DNA from: the human T2T-CHM13v2.0 reference genome, Homo sapiens
Length of the DNA stretch: 64,000 bases
Reading direction: 5' to 3'
NCBI GenBank assembly: GCA_009914755.4
Contig: CP068257.2
Span: forward strand, 8,960,001 to 9,024,000
A model generated the notes under the pieces. It searched no databases. It was not told where the DNA came from and saw only the letters and a program-made list of their open reading frames with translations. A program made the translations under genes and the position numbers. Shown here piece after piece: positions 44,601 to 57,439 of this stretch (the first letter of the stretch is position 1; each line of letters begins with the position of its first letter).

Positions 44601-45300
44601 CTCCACACAGTTCAGTTACATTTTGTCACATTCCATTACATTCCACCTCATTCCATTCCTCTCCATTCCACTCCACACCTCTCCACTTCACCTCATGCCA
44701 TTCGATTCCATTCCATGACATTCGATACCATTTCATTCGTTTCCATTCCTTCCGTTTCTATTCCATTCGATTCCATTACTCTCCACTCCACTCCATTCAA
44801 CTCCACTTGATTCAATTCCATTCGCTTCCAATCCATTCCATTCCACTCCTCTCTTTTCCATTCCACTCCACTCCATTCTACTCTTTTCCATTCCATTCCA
44901 CTATATTCCATTCCACTCCACTCAACTCCGCTCCACTCCACTCTAATCCACAACACTCCATTCCATTCCATTCCATTCCATTGCATACTACTCCACTCCA
45001 CTCCCCGCAACTCCACTCCAGTCCATTCAATTCCATTCCTTGCCATTCCATTCCATTCCACTCCACTCCACTCCACTTCATTCCACTCTATTCCACTCTA
45101 TTCCATTCCATTCCATTCCATTCCACTCTTTTCCATTCCATTCCATTCCATTCCATTCCATTCCATTCCATTCCATTTCATTCCATTCCATAGCATTCTT
45201 TCCACTCCATTCCACTCCACTCTGTTCAATTACATTTCTTCCCATTCCATTGCATTCCACTCCATTCCAATCCACCCCACTCCACTCCAATCAATTCCAA
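35700..45300 (+). repeat. Higher-order repeat domain. Sub-units of about 1.4-1.9 kb nest inside a super-unit of about 4.0-4.7 kb.
   Basis: The landmark (C)AGTGGACCGCATTCCATT[CG]GAT recurs at about 36939, 38360, 39838, 42098 and 43757. The landmark TTCAGTTACATTTTTT recurs at about 35940, 37435, 38825, 40690, 42625 and 44605. A distinct block, CCACTTCAC(C)AGATTCCATT...TGATGC...CAATGTGATTCCATTCCATATGATTCTATTCC, recurs at about 35745, 40473 and 44445. Long collinear matches can be seen by eye, for example 36935-37460 against 38345-38870 against 42090-42600. Confidence 0.7.
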
Positions 45301-48300
45301 TCCATTCCACTCCATTCCATTCCATCCCCTTCCACTCCATTCCACTCCACTCCAGTACAGTGCATTCCATTTCATTTCATTCCATTTCATTCAATTCAAT
45401 TCCACTCCATTTCATTCCATACCTTTCAATTCCATTTCAATATATTCCTCTCCACTCCACTCCATTCCATTCTGTTCCTTTGCATTCCACTTACCTGGTC
45501 TCCATTCCCATCCATTCAATTCCATTCCACCCCATTCCTTGCCACTACTTTCCACTCCCTCCACTTGTTTCCATTTGATTCCATTCGAAGCCATTCCATG
45601 CAACTCCTCTTTTCAGTTGATCCATTCGATGCCATTCGTTGCCATTCCATTTGATTCCATTTCACTCAAATCAATTCCATTTGATTCCATTCCATTCGAT
45701 TCCATTTCATACGAGTCTGTTCCATTCGGGGACATTCCATTCAAGTCCATTCCATTCGAGTGCATTCCTTTCTAGTCCATTCCATTCCTGTACATAACAT
45801 TCGAGTAAATTTCATTCCATTCCATTCCATTCCATTCCACTCCATCCCAATCCATTCTATTCCATTCCATTGCATTCCACCGCATTCCACTCCATTCCAC
45901 TGCATTCCACTCCACTCCATTCAATTCCATTCAATACAATTCTGTTTCATTTCACTCCATTCCCCTCCACGCCACTACATTCTATTCCATTCCACTCCAC
46001 TCCACTACATTTCACTTCATTCCATTCCACTCCACTCCACTCCACTCCACAACTCTCCACTCCACTCCATTCCAATCAATTCCACTATTTCTACCTCATT
46101 CCATTTAACTCCACTCCATCCCATTCCATTCCAATCCACTGGATTCCATTCTTTGCATATTACTCCATTCCACTGCACTCAACTCAACTCGGTTCAATTC
46201 TATTCCTTACCATTCCATTCTATTCAAATCCATTCGACACCACTCCCCTCTACTGCATTCAATTGCATTCCACGCCATTCTATTCCAATCCATTCCACTC
46301 GACTCCACTCCACCTCATCGAAGTCCACTGTATTCCCTTTCATGCCATTCTATTCCATTCAATTCGACTCCATTCCATTCTATTCCATTCCATTCTAGTC
46401 CATTCCATGCGAGTCCCTTCTATTATATTCCATTCCATTCGAGTCCATTACATGCGAGTTCATTCCTTTCGAGTCCATTCAATTCAAATCCATTCCATTC
46501 AAGTCCATTCTATTCCAGTCTATTCCATTCCAGTCCACTCCCTTCGAGTGCCTTCCATCGAGTCCATTACATTCGTGTCCATTCCTTTCCAGAACATTAC
46601 ATTCCAGTCCATTACATTCGAATCCATTCCATTCCATTCCTTTCAAATCCATTCCATTCCATTCTATTCCATTGCATAATATTCCACTCCACACCACTCC
46701 ACTCCACTCCATTCCATTCCATTGCTTTCTACTCCTCTCCATTCCACTCCAGTCCATTCAATTCCACTCCTTCCAATTCCATTCCATTCCAATCCATTCC
46801 AACCCACTCCAATCCACTCCACTCCTTTCAATTCCATTCCACCTCTTTCCATTCCACTGCATTTCACTCCACCCCACTCCACTTTGCCGTGTTCTATTTG
46901 ATTGCATTTGATGCCATTTGATTCCCTTCCATTCGATTCCTTCCATTCCATTCAATACAATTCAATTCCATTCCATTCGATTCCTTTCAATTGCATTCCA
47001 TTCCATTCCCTTCCATTCCATTCCATTCCGCTCCACTCCATACCACTCTGCTGCATTCCATTAAATTCGACTCAATTCCACACCATTTAATTCCATTCCA
47101 TTAAATTCCAGTCCATTCCTCTCCACTACAATACATTTTACTCCACTCCACTCCATTCCATTCCATTCCTTTGCATTCCACTCCATTCCACTCCACTCCA
47201 TTCAATTCCACTCCTTCTCATTCCATTCCATTCCAATCCATTCCATCCACTCCATTCAATTCCATTCCACTCCACTTCACTCCTATCCACTCCATTCCAC
47301 TCCACTCCGCTCCACTCCTCTCCATTCCACTCCACTCTCTCCACTTCTCTCCACTGCATTCCATTCCCTTCCATTCCTTACCACCCCATTCCACTCCACT
47401 CCTTTCCATTCCATTCCATTCCACTCCACTCCATTCCATTCCATTCCACTCCACTCCATTCCATTCCTTTGCATTCCACTCCACTCCGGTACACTCATCT
47501 CCACTCAGTACAATCGCATTCCTTAGCATTTCATTCTATTGAACTCCATTCTACTCCACTCCACTCCTTTCCACTGCATTCAATTCCTTTCCACCCCATT
47601 CCATTGCACACCATTTCATTCCAATTCACCGCATTCCACTGGATTCCATTCGATGCTATCCTTTTCCATTCCATTTGATTCCATGCCATTCGATTCTATT
47701 CCTTTCGAGTCCATTCCTTGCAAGTCCATTCCATTCAATTCCATTCCTTTTGAGTCCGTTCCATTCGAGTTCATTCCTTTCTAGTCCATTCCATTCTGAT
47801 CCATTCCATTAGAGTCAATTCCATTCCAGTCCATTCCATTCCATTCCATACGAATTCATTCCGTTCTAGTAAATTCCATTTGAGTCCATTCCATTCCAGT
47901 CCATTCCTTTCAAATCCATTCCATTCGAATCCATTCCATTCCATTCCATTGCATTCCACTGCACTCCACTCCATTCCATTGCATTCCACTTCACTCCATT
48001 CCACCCCAGTCCATTCAATTCCATTCCTTCCCATTCCTTTGCAATCCATTCCACTCCACTCCACTCCATTCAATTCCATTTCTTCCAATTACATTCCATT
48101 CCATTCCACTCCACTCCACTCCATTCAATTCTATTCCACCCTATTCCATTCCACTGCATTTCAATCCACTCCACTCAACTTCACCGCATTACATTCGATT
48201 CCATTTCATGCCATTTGATTCCATTCCATTCGATGCCATTCCATTCGATTCCATACAATTCGATTCCTTTCCTTTCGATTCTGTTACATTGCATTCCATT

Positions 48301-50320
48301 CCATTTCATTCCATTCCATTCGAATCCATTCTATTCCATTCCATTCCATTCCATGCGAGTCCTTTCCATTCGAGTCCCTTCCTTTCCAATCCCTTCCATT
48401 CCATTCCATTCCACTCCATTACACTTCACTCCATTCCAATCCACTGCATTTCATTCCATTCGATTCAATTCCACTCCATTGCATTCCATTCCTTTCCATT
48501 CCATTCCATTCCCCTCCATTCCTCTCCAATCCACTACACTTTACTCCATTCCACTACTTTGCATTCCATTCAATTCCTTTACTTTCCACTCCACTCCTCT
48601 CCATTCAGTTCCATTCTTTCCCTTTCCATTCCACTCCATTACTCTCCACTCCAGTCCACTCCATTCCATTCATTTGCATTCCACCCCGTTCCAATCCACT
48701 CCATTCCACTGTACTCCAATCCACTCCACTTCACCGCATTCCATTCGATTCTATTCGATGCCATTTGATTCCATTCCTTTCGAGTCCATTCCATTCAGTT
48801 TCATTCAATTCGATTCTATGCCACTCGATTCCATTCCGTTTGAGTCCATTCCATTCCAGTCCATTCCATTCGAGTCCATTCCATTCCATTCCATTCCATT
48901 CCATTCCATTCCATTCCACTCCACTCCATTCCATTTCAATCCATTCCTCTCCACTGCACTGTACTCCACTCCATTCCTTTCCACCCCATTCGATTCCACT
49001 CCTCTCTATTCCATTCCATTCCATTCCACTCCATTCCATTCCTTTGCATTCCACCCCACTGCATGCCACTCAACTCCATTCGGTTCAATTCCATTCATTC
49101 CAATTCCATTCTATTGAACTCCATTCCACTCCACTCCACTCCACTGCATTCAATTCCTTTCCACCCCATTCCATTCCTATCCATTCCACTCCATTTCACT
49201 CCACTTCACAGCATGCCTCTGGATTCCATTCGAAGCAATTCTAATCCCTTCCATTCGATTCCACTTCATTCGATTCCATTCCTTTCGATTCCATTCCATG
49301 TGAGTCCATTCCATTCGATTCCATTCCATTCAAGAGCATTCCATTCCAGTTCATTCTTTTTGAGTGCATTCCATTCCAATCCATTCCATTCGATTCCATT
49401 CTTTTTGAGTGCATTCCATTCCAATCCATTCCATTCGAGTACATTCTATTCCAGTCCATTCCATTCTTTCCATTCAATAGGAGTGTTTTCCATTCTATTA
49501 AATTCCATTTGAGTCCATTCCATTCCAGTCCATTCAATTCCAGTCCATTCCATTCGAATCCCTTCCATTCCATTCCGTTCCATTGCATTCCACTTCACTC
49601 CATTCAACTACAGTCCATTCAATTCCATTCCTTCCCATTCCATTCCAATCCATTCCACTCCACTCCACTTCATTCAATTCCATTCCAGCCCATTCCATTC
49701 CACTGCATTTCACTCCACTTCAATCCATGTCACAGCATTCCATTCGATTCCATTTGATGCCATTTGATTCCATTCCATTTGATTCCATTCCATTCAATTC
49801 CATACAGTTCAAGTGATTTCCTATAAATTCCTTTCCATTCCATTCGAGTCCATTCCATTCCATTCAATTGCATTCCATTGCATTCCATTCCAATCCACTC
49901 CACTCCTCTCCATTCCACTACATTTTAATCCTCTCCACTCCACTCCATTCCATTCCATTCCATTCATTTGCATTCCACTCCACTCCACTACACTCCATTC
50001 AATTCCATTCCTTCCCATTTCATTCAATTCGACTCCATTCCACTCCACTCCACTGCACTCTATTCAGTTGCATTCCAACCCATTCCATTCCACTCCTTTC
50101 CACTCCACTCCACTTCATCACATTCCGTTCGATTCCATTCAATGCCATTCAGTTCCATTCTTTTAGAATCCACTACATTCAATTACATTCCATTCGATTC
50201 CATTCCATTCATGTCCATTCCATTCGTGTCCATTCCATTACAGTCCATTACATTCCTTTCCATTCCATTCCACATCACTCCACTCCACTCCTCTCCATTC
50301 AATTCCATTCCATTGCATTC

Positions 50321-50425
50321 CACTCCGCTCCAGTCCTCTCCAATCCGTTCAATTCCATTCCATTCCATTCCACTCCGCTCCAGTCCTCTCCAATCCGTTC
50401 AATTCCAATCCATTCCATTCTATTC
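50321..50425 (+). repeat. Tandem duplication of about 55 bp.
   Basis: cactccgctccagtcctctccaatccgttcaattcca[t/a]tccattcc appears twice in a row. Confidence 0.8.
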
Positions 50426-53400
50426 CATTCCACTACATTCCACTCCCATCCACTCCATTCCATTCCATTCCACTCCACTCCATTCAATTTCATTCCATTC
50501 CTCTCTACTTCACTCCATTCTAATCCACTCCACTCCACTCCTCTCCTCCCCACTCAGTTAAATTACATTCCTTTCCACCCCATTCCATTCCACTCCATTC
50601 CATTCCTTTCCATTCCATTCCATTCCATTACATTACATTCCCTTCCACTCCATTCCATGGCATTCCACTCCATTCCATTCCATTACATTCCATTCAATTC
50701 CATTCCACTCGACTCCATTCCATTCCATTCCTCTTCACTCCACTCAGCTCCACTCCACTCCATTTCACTCCAACCCAATCCACTACACTACACTCAACTG
50801 CAATCTATATCATGCCATTCCATTCCATTGCATTCCTATCCACTCCACTCCACTCCCCTCCATTCTATTCCATTCCACCCAATTCCATTCCACTCCATTC
50901 CACTTCACCGCATTCCATTTGATTCCATTCGATGCGATTCGATTCCATTCCATTCGATTCCGTTTCACTCAATTCAATTCCATTCAATTCCATTCCATCC
51001 GATTCAATTCCATTCGAGACCATTCCATTGAAATCCATTCCGTTCGAGTCTGTTCCATTTGACTTCATTCCGTTCCACTCCATTCCATTCCAGTCCATTC
51101 GATTTTAGTCGATTCCATTCTGTTCCATTGCATTCCATTACAATCCATTCCATTCGTTTCCATTCCATTTGATTCCTTTCCATTCTAGTCCATTCCATTC
51201 CAGGTCATTATATTCCAGTACTTTCCAATTCACTCCACTCCACTCCGTTCTATTCCATTCCTTCTGATTCCATTCCTTTCCACTTCATTCCACTCCATTA
51301 CACCCCACTCCACTCCACTTCTCCTCATTCCATTTGATTCTTTTCGGTGCCATTCAAGTCCATTCCATTCGATTCCATTCCATTCCAGTCCATTCCATTC
51401 CAGTCCATTCCATTTGATTCCATTCGATTTGATTCCATTACCTTCGATTTTGTTCAATTCGATTCCATTCCATTCCAGTCCATTCCACTGCAGTGCATTC
51501 CATTCGATTTCATTCCATTCAATTCCATTACCTTCTATTTCATTCAGTTCGATTCCATTCCATTCCACTGCATTCCATTCCATTCCATTCCATTTGAGTC
51601 CATTCCACTCCATTCCATTCCTTTCCATTTCATTTGATTACATTCTTTTCGAGTAAATTCCATTCGATTCCATTCTAATTGTTTCCACTCCATTCCATTC
51701 TATTCCATTCCATTCCATTCCATTCCTTTCAAGTCCATTCCATTCCATTCCATTCCTTTCAATGCCATTCCATTCCAATCCACTCCATTCCACAGCACTC
51801 CATACCATTACATTCAATTCCACTCCATTCCATTTAGTTCCATTCCATACCGTTCTATTTCTTTCCATTCCACTCAACTCCATTTCAATCCTCTCCTTTC
51901 AATTCCATTCCTTCCCCTTCCATTCGTTTCCAATCCATTGCACTCCACTCCACTCCAATCCATTCAATTCCATTCCACCCCATTCGATTCCAATCCATTC
52001 CACTCTACTCCACTCCACTTCAACGCATTCCATTCTATTTCTTTCAATACCATTCCATTCAATTCTATTCCACTCGATGGCATTCAATTCCATTCCATTC
52101 TGTTCCATTCCATTCCATTTGACTCCATTCTATTCGATTCCTTTCCATTCGATTTCAATCCATTCCATTCCACTCCATTCCATTCCATTCCAATCCATTC
52201 CATTCCTTTCCATTCCCTTCCACTCCATTCTGTTCCATTCCATTCCATTTCATTTCATTCCATTCCATTCGACTGCATTCCATTCCGTTAGATTCCATTC
52301 CATTCCCTTCCATTCCATTCATTTCTATTCCACTCCGTTCCATTCCATTCCATTCCACTCCCTTCCATTTCATTCCATTCGATTCTATTCCATTCAGTTC
52401 CATTCCATTCAAATCCATTCCATTCGAGTCCATTCCATTCCAGTCCATTCTGTTCCATTCCATTCCATTCCATTCCATTCCATTGCATTCAATTCCAATC
52501 CTTTCCATTCCATTCCATTCCATGCCATTCGTTTCCATTGCATTCCATTCCATTCCATTCCAATCCATTTGATTCCATTTTTTTCAAGTCCATTTCATTG
52601 GAGTACATTCCATTCCATGCCTTTCCATTTCAGTCCACTCCTCTACTATCCATTCCATCTCACTCCACTCCATTCCATTCCACTTCTTTCCTCTATATTT
52701 CACTCCGTTCCTTTCCATTCCATTCCATTCCACTCCATTCCATTCCATTCCAATCCATTCCATGGCATTCCATTCAACTCCACCCCTCTAAACTCCACTA
52801 CATTCAATTCCATTCCACCCCATTCCATTCCACTCCATTCCATTCCTCTCAATTCCACTCTGCTGCACCCCATTCCACTCAACTCCACTGCATTCCATTG
52901 CCTTATATTCCACTCCATTCCATTGCATTCCACTCCACTCCACTCCTTTCCATTCCATTCCATTCCACTCCACTCCTTTCCACTCCACTCCTCTCCATTC
53001 AATTCCAGTTCTTCCCTTTCCATTCCATTCCACTCCACTCCAGTCTACTCCTATCCATTCCATTCCATTCCTCCCCATTCCATTCCACTCCATTCCACTT
53101 CACTCCACTCCATTTCAGCAAATTCTATACGATTCCAGTTGATGCCATTGAATTCCATTCCATTTGTTTCCATTCCATTTTGTTCCATTTCATTTGATTC
53201 CATTCCATTAGATTCCATTCCATTTTATTCTGTTCCTTTGATTGCATTCCAGTTGATTCAATTCCATTGGAGTCTATTCCATTCGAGTTCATTCCATTCC
53301 AGTTCATTCCTTTCGGGTCCATTCCATTCGAGTCATTGCTTTCCATTACATTCCCTTCCCTTCCATTCGATTTCATTCCACTCCACTCCATTCCACTCCA

Positions 53401-56400
53401 TTCCACAGCACTCCAATTCCACTCAATTACCCTCCATTCCAGTCCGTTCCATTCCATACCATTCCATATCATTCCATTATACTAATCTCCAATCCACTCC
53501 ACTCTGTTCAATTCCATTCTTTACCCTTCCTTTCCTTTCTACTCCATTCCACTCCTCTCCACTCCACGCCAATCCATTCAATTCCATTCCACTCCATTCC
53601 ATTCCAATCCAATCCATTCTACTCTTCTCCAGTTTACTTCACTTCATTCCATTCTATTCCTTTTGATACCATTCGATTCCGTTCGATTCCAGTCAATGCC
53701 CTTTGATTCCATTCCATTTGATTCCATTCCATTCTACTCCTTTCCATTCCATTACATTCCATTCGATTCCATTACATTGAAGTACATTCCATTCCAGTCC
53801 ATTCCATTCCATTCAATTTCATTCCAGTCCATTCCATTCCAGTGCATTCCATTCAAGTCCATTTCATTCGAGTCCATTCCATTCCATTCCATTCCATTCC
53901 ATTCCATTCCGTTCGATTTCATTCCATTTGTGTCCATTCCATTCGACTCCATCCGATTACATTCCATTCCCTTCCATTCCATTCCATTCCATTCCACTCC
54001 ACTCCACTCCATTCTATTCCATTCCACTCCACTCCGTTCAATTTCTCTCAATTCAACTCCATTACATTTCATTCCATTTCATTCCTTTACACTGTATTCC
54101 ATTCCAGTCCACTCCACTGCACTACACTCCGTTCAATTCCATTCCTAACCATTCCAATCGATTTCACTCCAATCCACTCCATTCCACTCCATTCAATTCC
54201 ATTTCACAACATTCCATTCCACAGCATTCCATTCCACTCCATTCCACTGCATTCCTATTTATGGCACTCCATTCGATTCCATTTGATGTCACTCGTTTCC
54301 ATTCCATTCGATTCAATTCCTTTTGAGTCTATTCCTTTCCATTCCATTTCCATTTGATTCCATTCCATTCAAGTCCATTCTATGCCAGTTAATTCCATTC
54401 CAGTCCTTTCCATTCTACTCCATTCCATTGGATTCCATTCCATTATACTCTATTCCTTTCAATTCCATCCATTTGATTCCCTTCCATTCTACTCAATTCC
54501 ATTCGATTCCACTGCATTCGAGTCCATTCCAATGGAGTCCCTTCCATTCCTGTCCATTCCTCTCCAGTCCATTCCATTCGAGTCCATTCCATTCCATTCC
54601 ATTCCATTTGAGTCCGGTTAATTCCATGCCATTCCACTTTTGTCCACTCCTCTCCATTCCACTCCATTCCATTACATTCCACTCCCTTCTATTCAATTCA
54701 ACTCCATTCAATTCAACTCCATTCCAATCCGTTCCAATTCATTCCATTCCATTCCACTCTATTCCATTCTATTCTGTTGGATTTCATTCCATTCTATTCT
54801 ATTCCATTCCATTCTATGTAATTGCATTCCATTTGAGTTCATTCCATTCCAGTCCATTCTATTCGAGTCCTTTCCATTCCATTCCATTCCATTTCATTCC
54901 ATTCCATTGCATTCGATTGTAATCCATTCCTTTCCAATCCTTTCCATTCCATTCCATTCGATTCCATTGCATTCCATTCGAATTCAATCCATTCCATTCA
55001 ATTCCATTGCATTCGATTCCGTTGCATTCCATTCCATTTCATTCCATTCATGTCCATTCCATTCCATTCCGTTCCATTCCATTCCCTTCCATTTTATTTG
55101 AATCCATTCCATTTGATTCCATTCCATTCCATTTCAATCTAATCCGCTCCCCTCCAACCCATCTCACTCCACTCAATTCAATTCCACTCCTTTCCACTAT
55201 ATTTTACTCCATTCCTTTCCATTAAATTCCATTCCATTCCATTGCATTCAATTGGATTCCCTTGAACTCCACTCCACTCCACTCCATTCATTTCCATTTC
55301 TTACCATTCCATTCCTTTCCACTCCATTTCACTCCACACTACTCCTGTCCATTCAATTCCATTCCACCCCATTCCATTCCACTCCATTCCTCTGCACTCC
55401 ACACCACTTCACCACATTTCATTCAACTCCAATTGATGTCTTTCGATTCCATTCCATTCGATTCCATTCCGTTTTGTTCTAGTCCATTCGATTCCATTCC
55501 ATTCTATTCAATTCCATTTGATTTAGTTCCATTCGATGGCATTCCATTTCATTCCATTCCATTCGTGTCTATTCCCTTTGAGTCCATTCCATTCCGGTCC
55601 ATTCCATTCAGGTCTATTCCATTCCATTCCATTCCATTCCTTTCCATTCCATTCCATTCCATTCACTTCCATTCCATTCCATTCCATTCACTTCCATTCC
55701 ATTCCAATCCACTCCATTCCACTCCATTCCACGGCAATCCATATCGTTACACTCAATTCCACTCCATTCCAGTCAGTTCTATTCCATACCATTCTATTTA
55801 TTTCCATTCCACTCAACTCCAATCCACTCAACTCTGTTCAATTCCATTCCTTCCCCTTCCATTCCTTTCCACTCCATTGCACTCCACTACACTCCAATCC
55901 ATTCAATTCCATGAGTCCATTTCATTCAAGTCCATTCCATTCGAGTCCATTCCATTCCCTTCCATTCCATTTCATTTCATTCCATTTGATTTCATTCAAT
56001 TTGTGTCCATTCCAACCGAGTCCATTCCATTCCATTCCATTCCGTTCCGTTCCATTCCATTCCACTCCACTCCACTCCATTCCATTCCTTTCCACTCCAC
56101 TGCATTCCATTCCAATCAATGCCTCTCCATTCCCTTTCTTTCACTTCCATCCCATTCCAAGTCATTCCATTCCAATCCACTCGACTGCATTCCATTCCAT
56201 TCATTTCCATTCCTAAGCATTCCATTCGATTTCACTCCATTCCACTCCACCCCACTCCACTCCGTTCAATTCCATTTCACAACATACAATTCCACTCCAT
56301 TCAAGTCCACTCCAATTCAGCCTGCTCCATTCGATTCCATTTGATACCATTTGATTCCATTCCATTTGATTCTATTCCTTATGATTCCATTCCATTCGAT

Positions 56401-57439
56401 TCCATTCCATTCAAGTCCATTCCATTGCAGTTCATTCCATTCCAGTCCATTCAATTCGATTCCATTCCATTCGATTCCATTGCGTTCTAATCCATTCTGT
56501 TGGACTCCATTCCTTTCAATTCCATTCAATTAGATTCCACTCCATTCGAGTCCATTCCATTCCTGTCCATTCCAGTCCAGCCCATTCCATTCCATTTGAG
56601 TGCAGTTCATTCCATTCTATTCCACTCCATTCCATTACATGCCATTCCACTCCAGTCCACTCCAATCCACTCCACTCCATTCCACTCCATTCCTTTCAAC
56701 TCTATTCAATTCCACTCCATTACAATCCGTTCCACTCCATTCCATTCCACTCCTTTCTATTCCATTCCATTCCATTCCATTCCATTCCATTTGATTCCTT
56801 TCCATTCCATTCCATTCCATTCGAGTCCATGCCAGTCGATTCCATTCCATTCCAATCCATTCCATTCAATTCCATTCCATTCCCGTCCATTCCATTAGAG
56901 TCCATTCCATTGCATTGCGTTCCATTCCATTCCATTGTGTTGCATTCCATTCCATTCAATTCAATTCAAGTCCATTCCATTCCATTGCTTTCCATTCCAT
57001 TCCACTCGATATCATTCCCTTTGATTCGATTCCATTTCATTCCACTCGATTACATTCAATTCGATTCTATTCCATTTGTTTCCATCAAATTCTATTCCAT
57101 TCCATTCGATTACATTGCAATCATTGCCATTTCATTCGATTCCATTCTATTCAGTTCCATTCCATTCATGTTCATTCCATTAGAGTCCATGTCTTTCGAG
57201 TCCATTTCATTCTCGTCCATTCCATTCCAGTCCATTCAATTCGCGTCCATTCCATTCGAGTCCATTCCATTCAATTCCGTTCCATTCCATTACATTCGAT
57301 TCCATTCCACTCCATTCCACTGCACTCCTTTCCATTCCATTCAATTCCACTTCATTCCATTCCATTCCACTCCACTCCACAGCATTCCACTCCCCTCCAC
57401 TCCATTTCCCTCCACTCCACTCCATTCCATTGCACTGCA

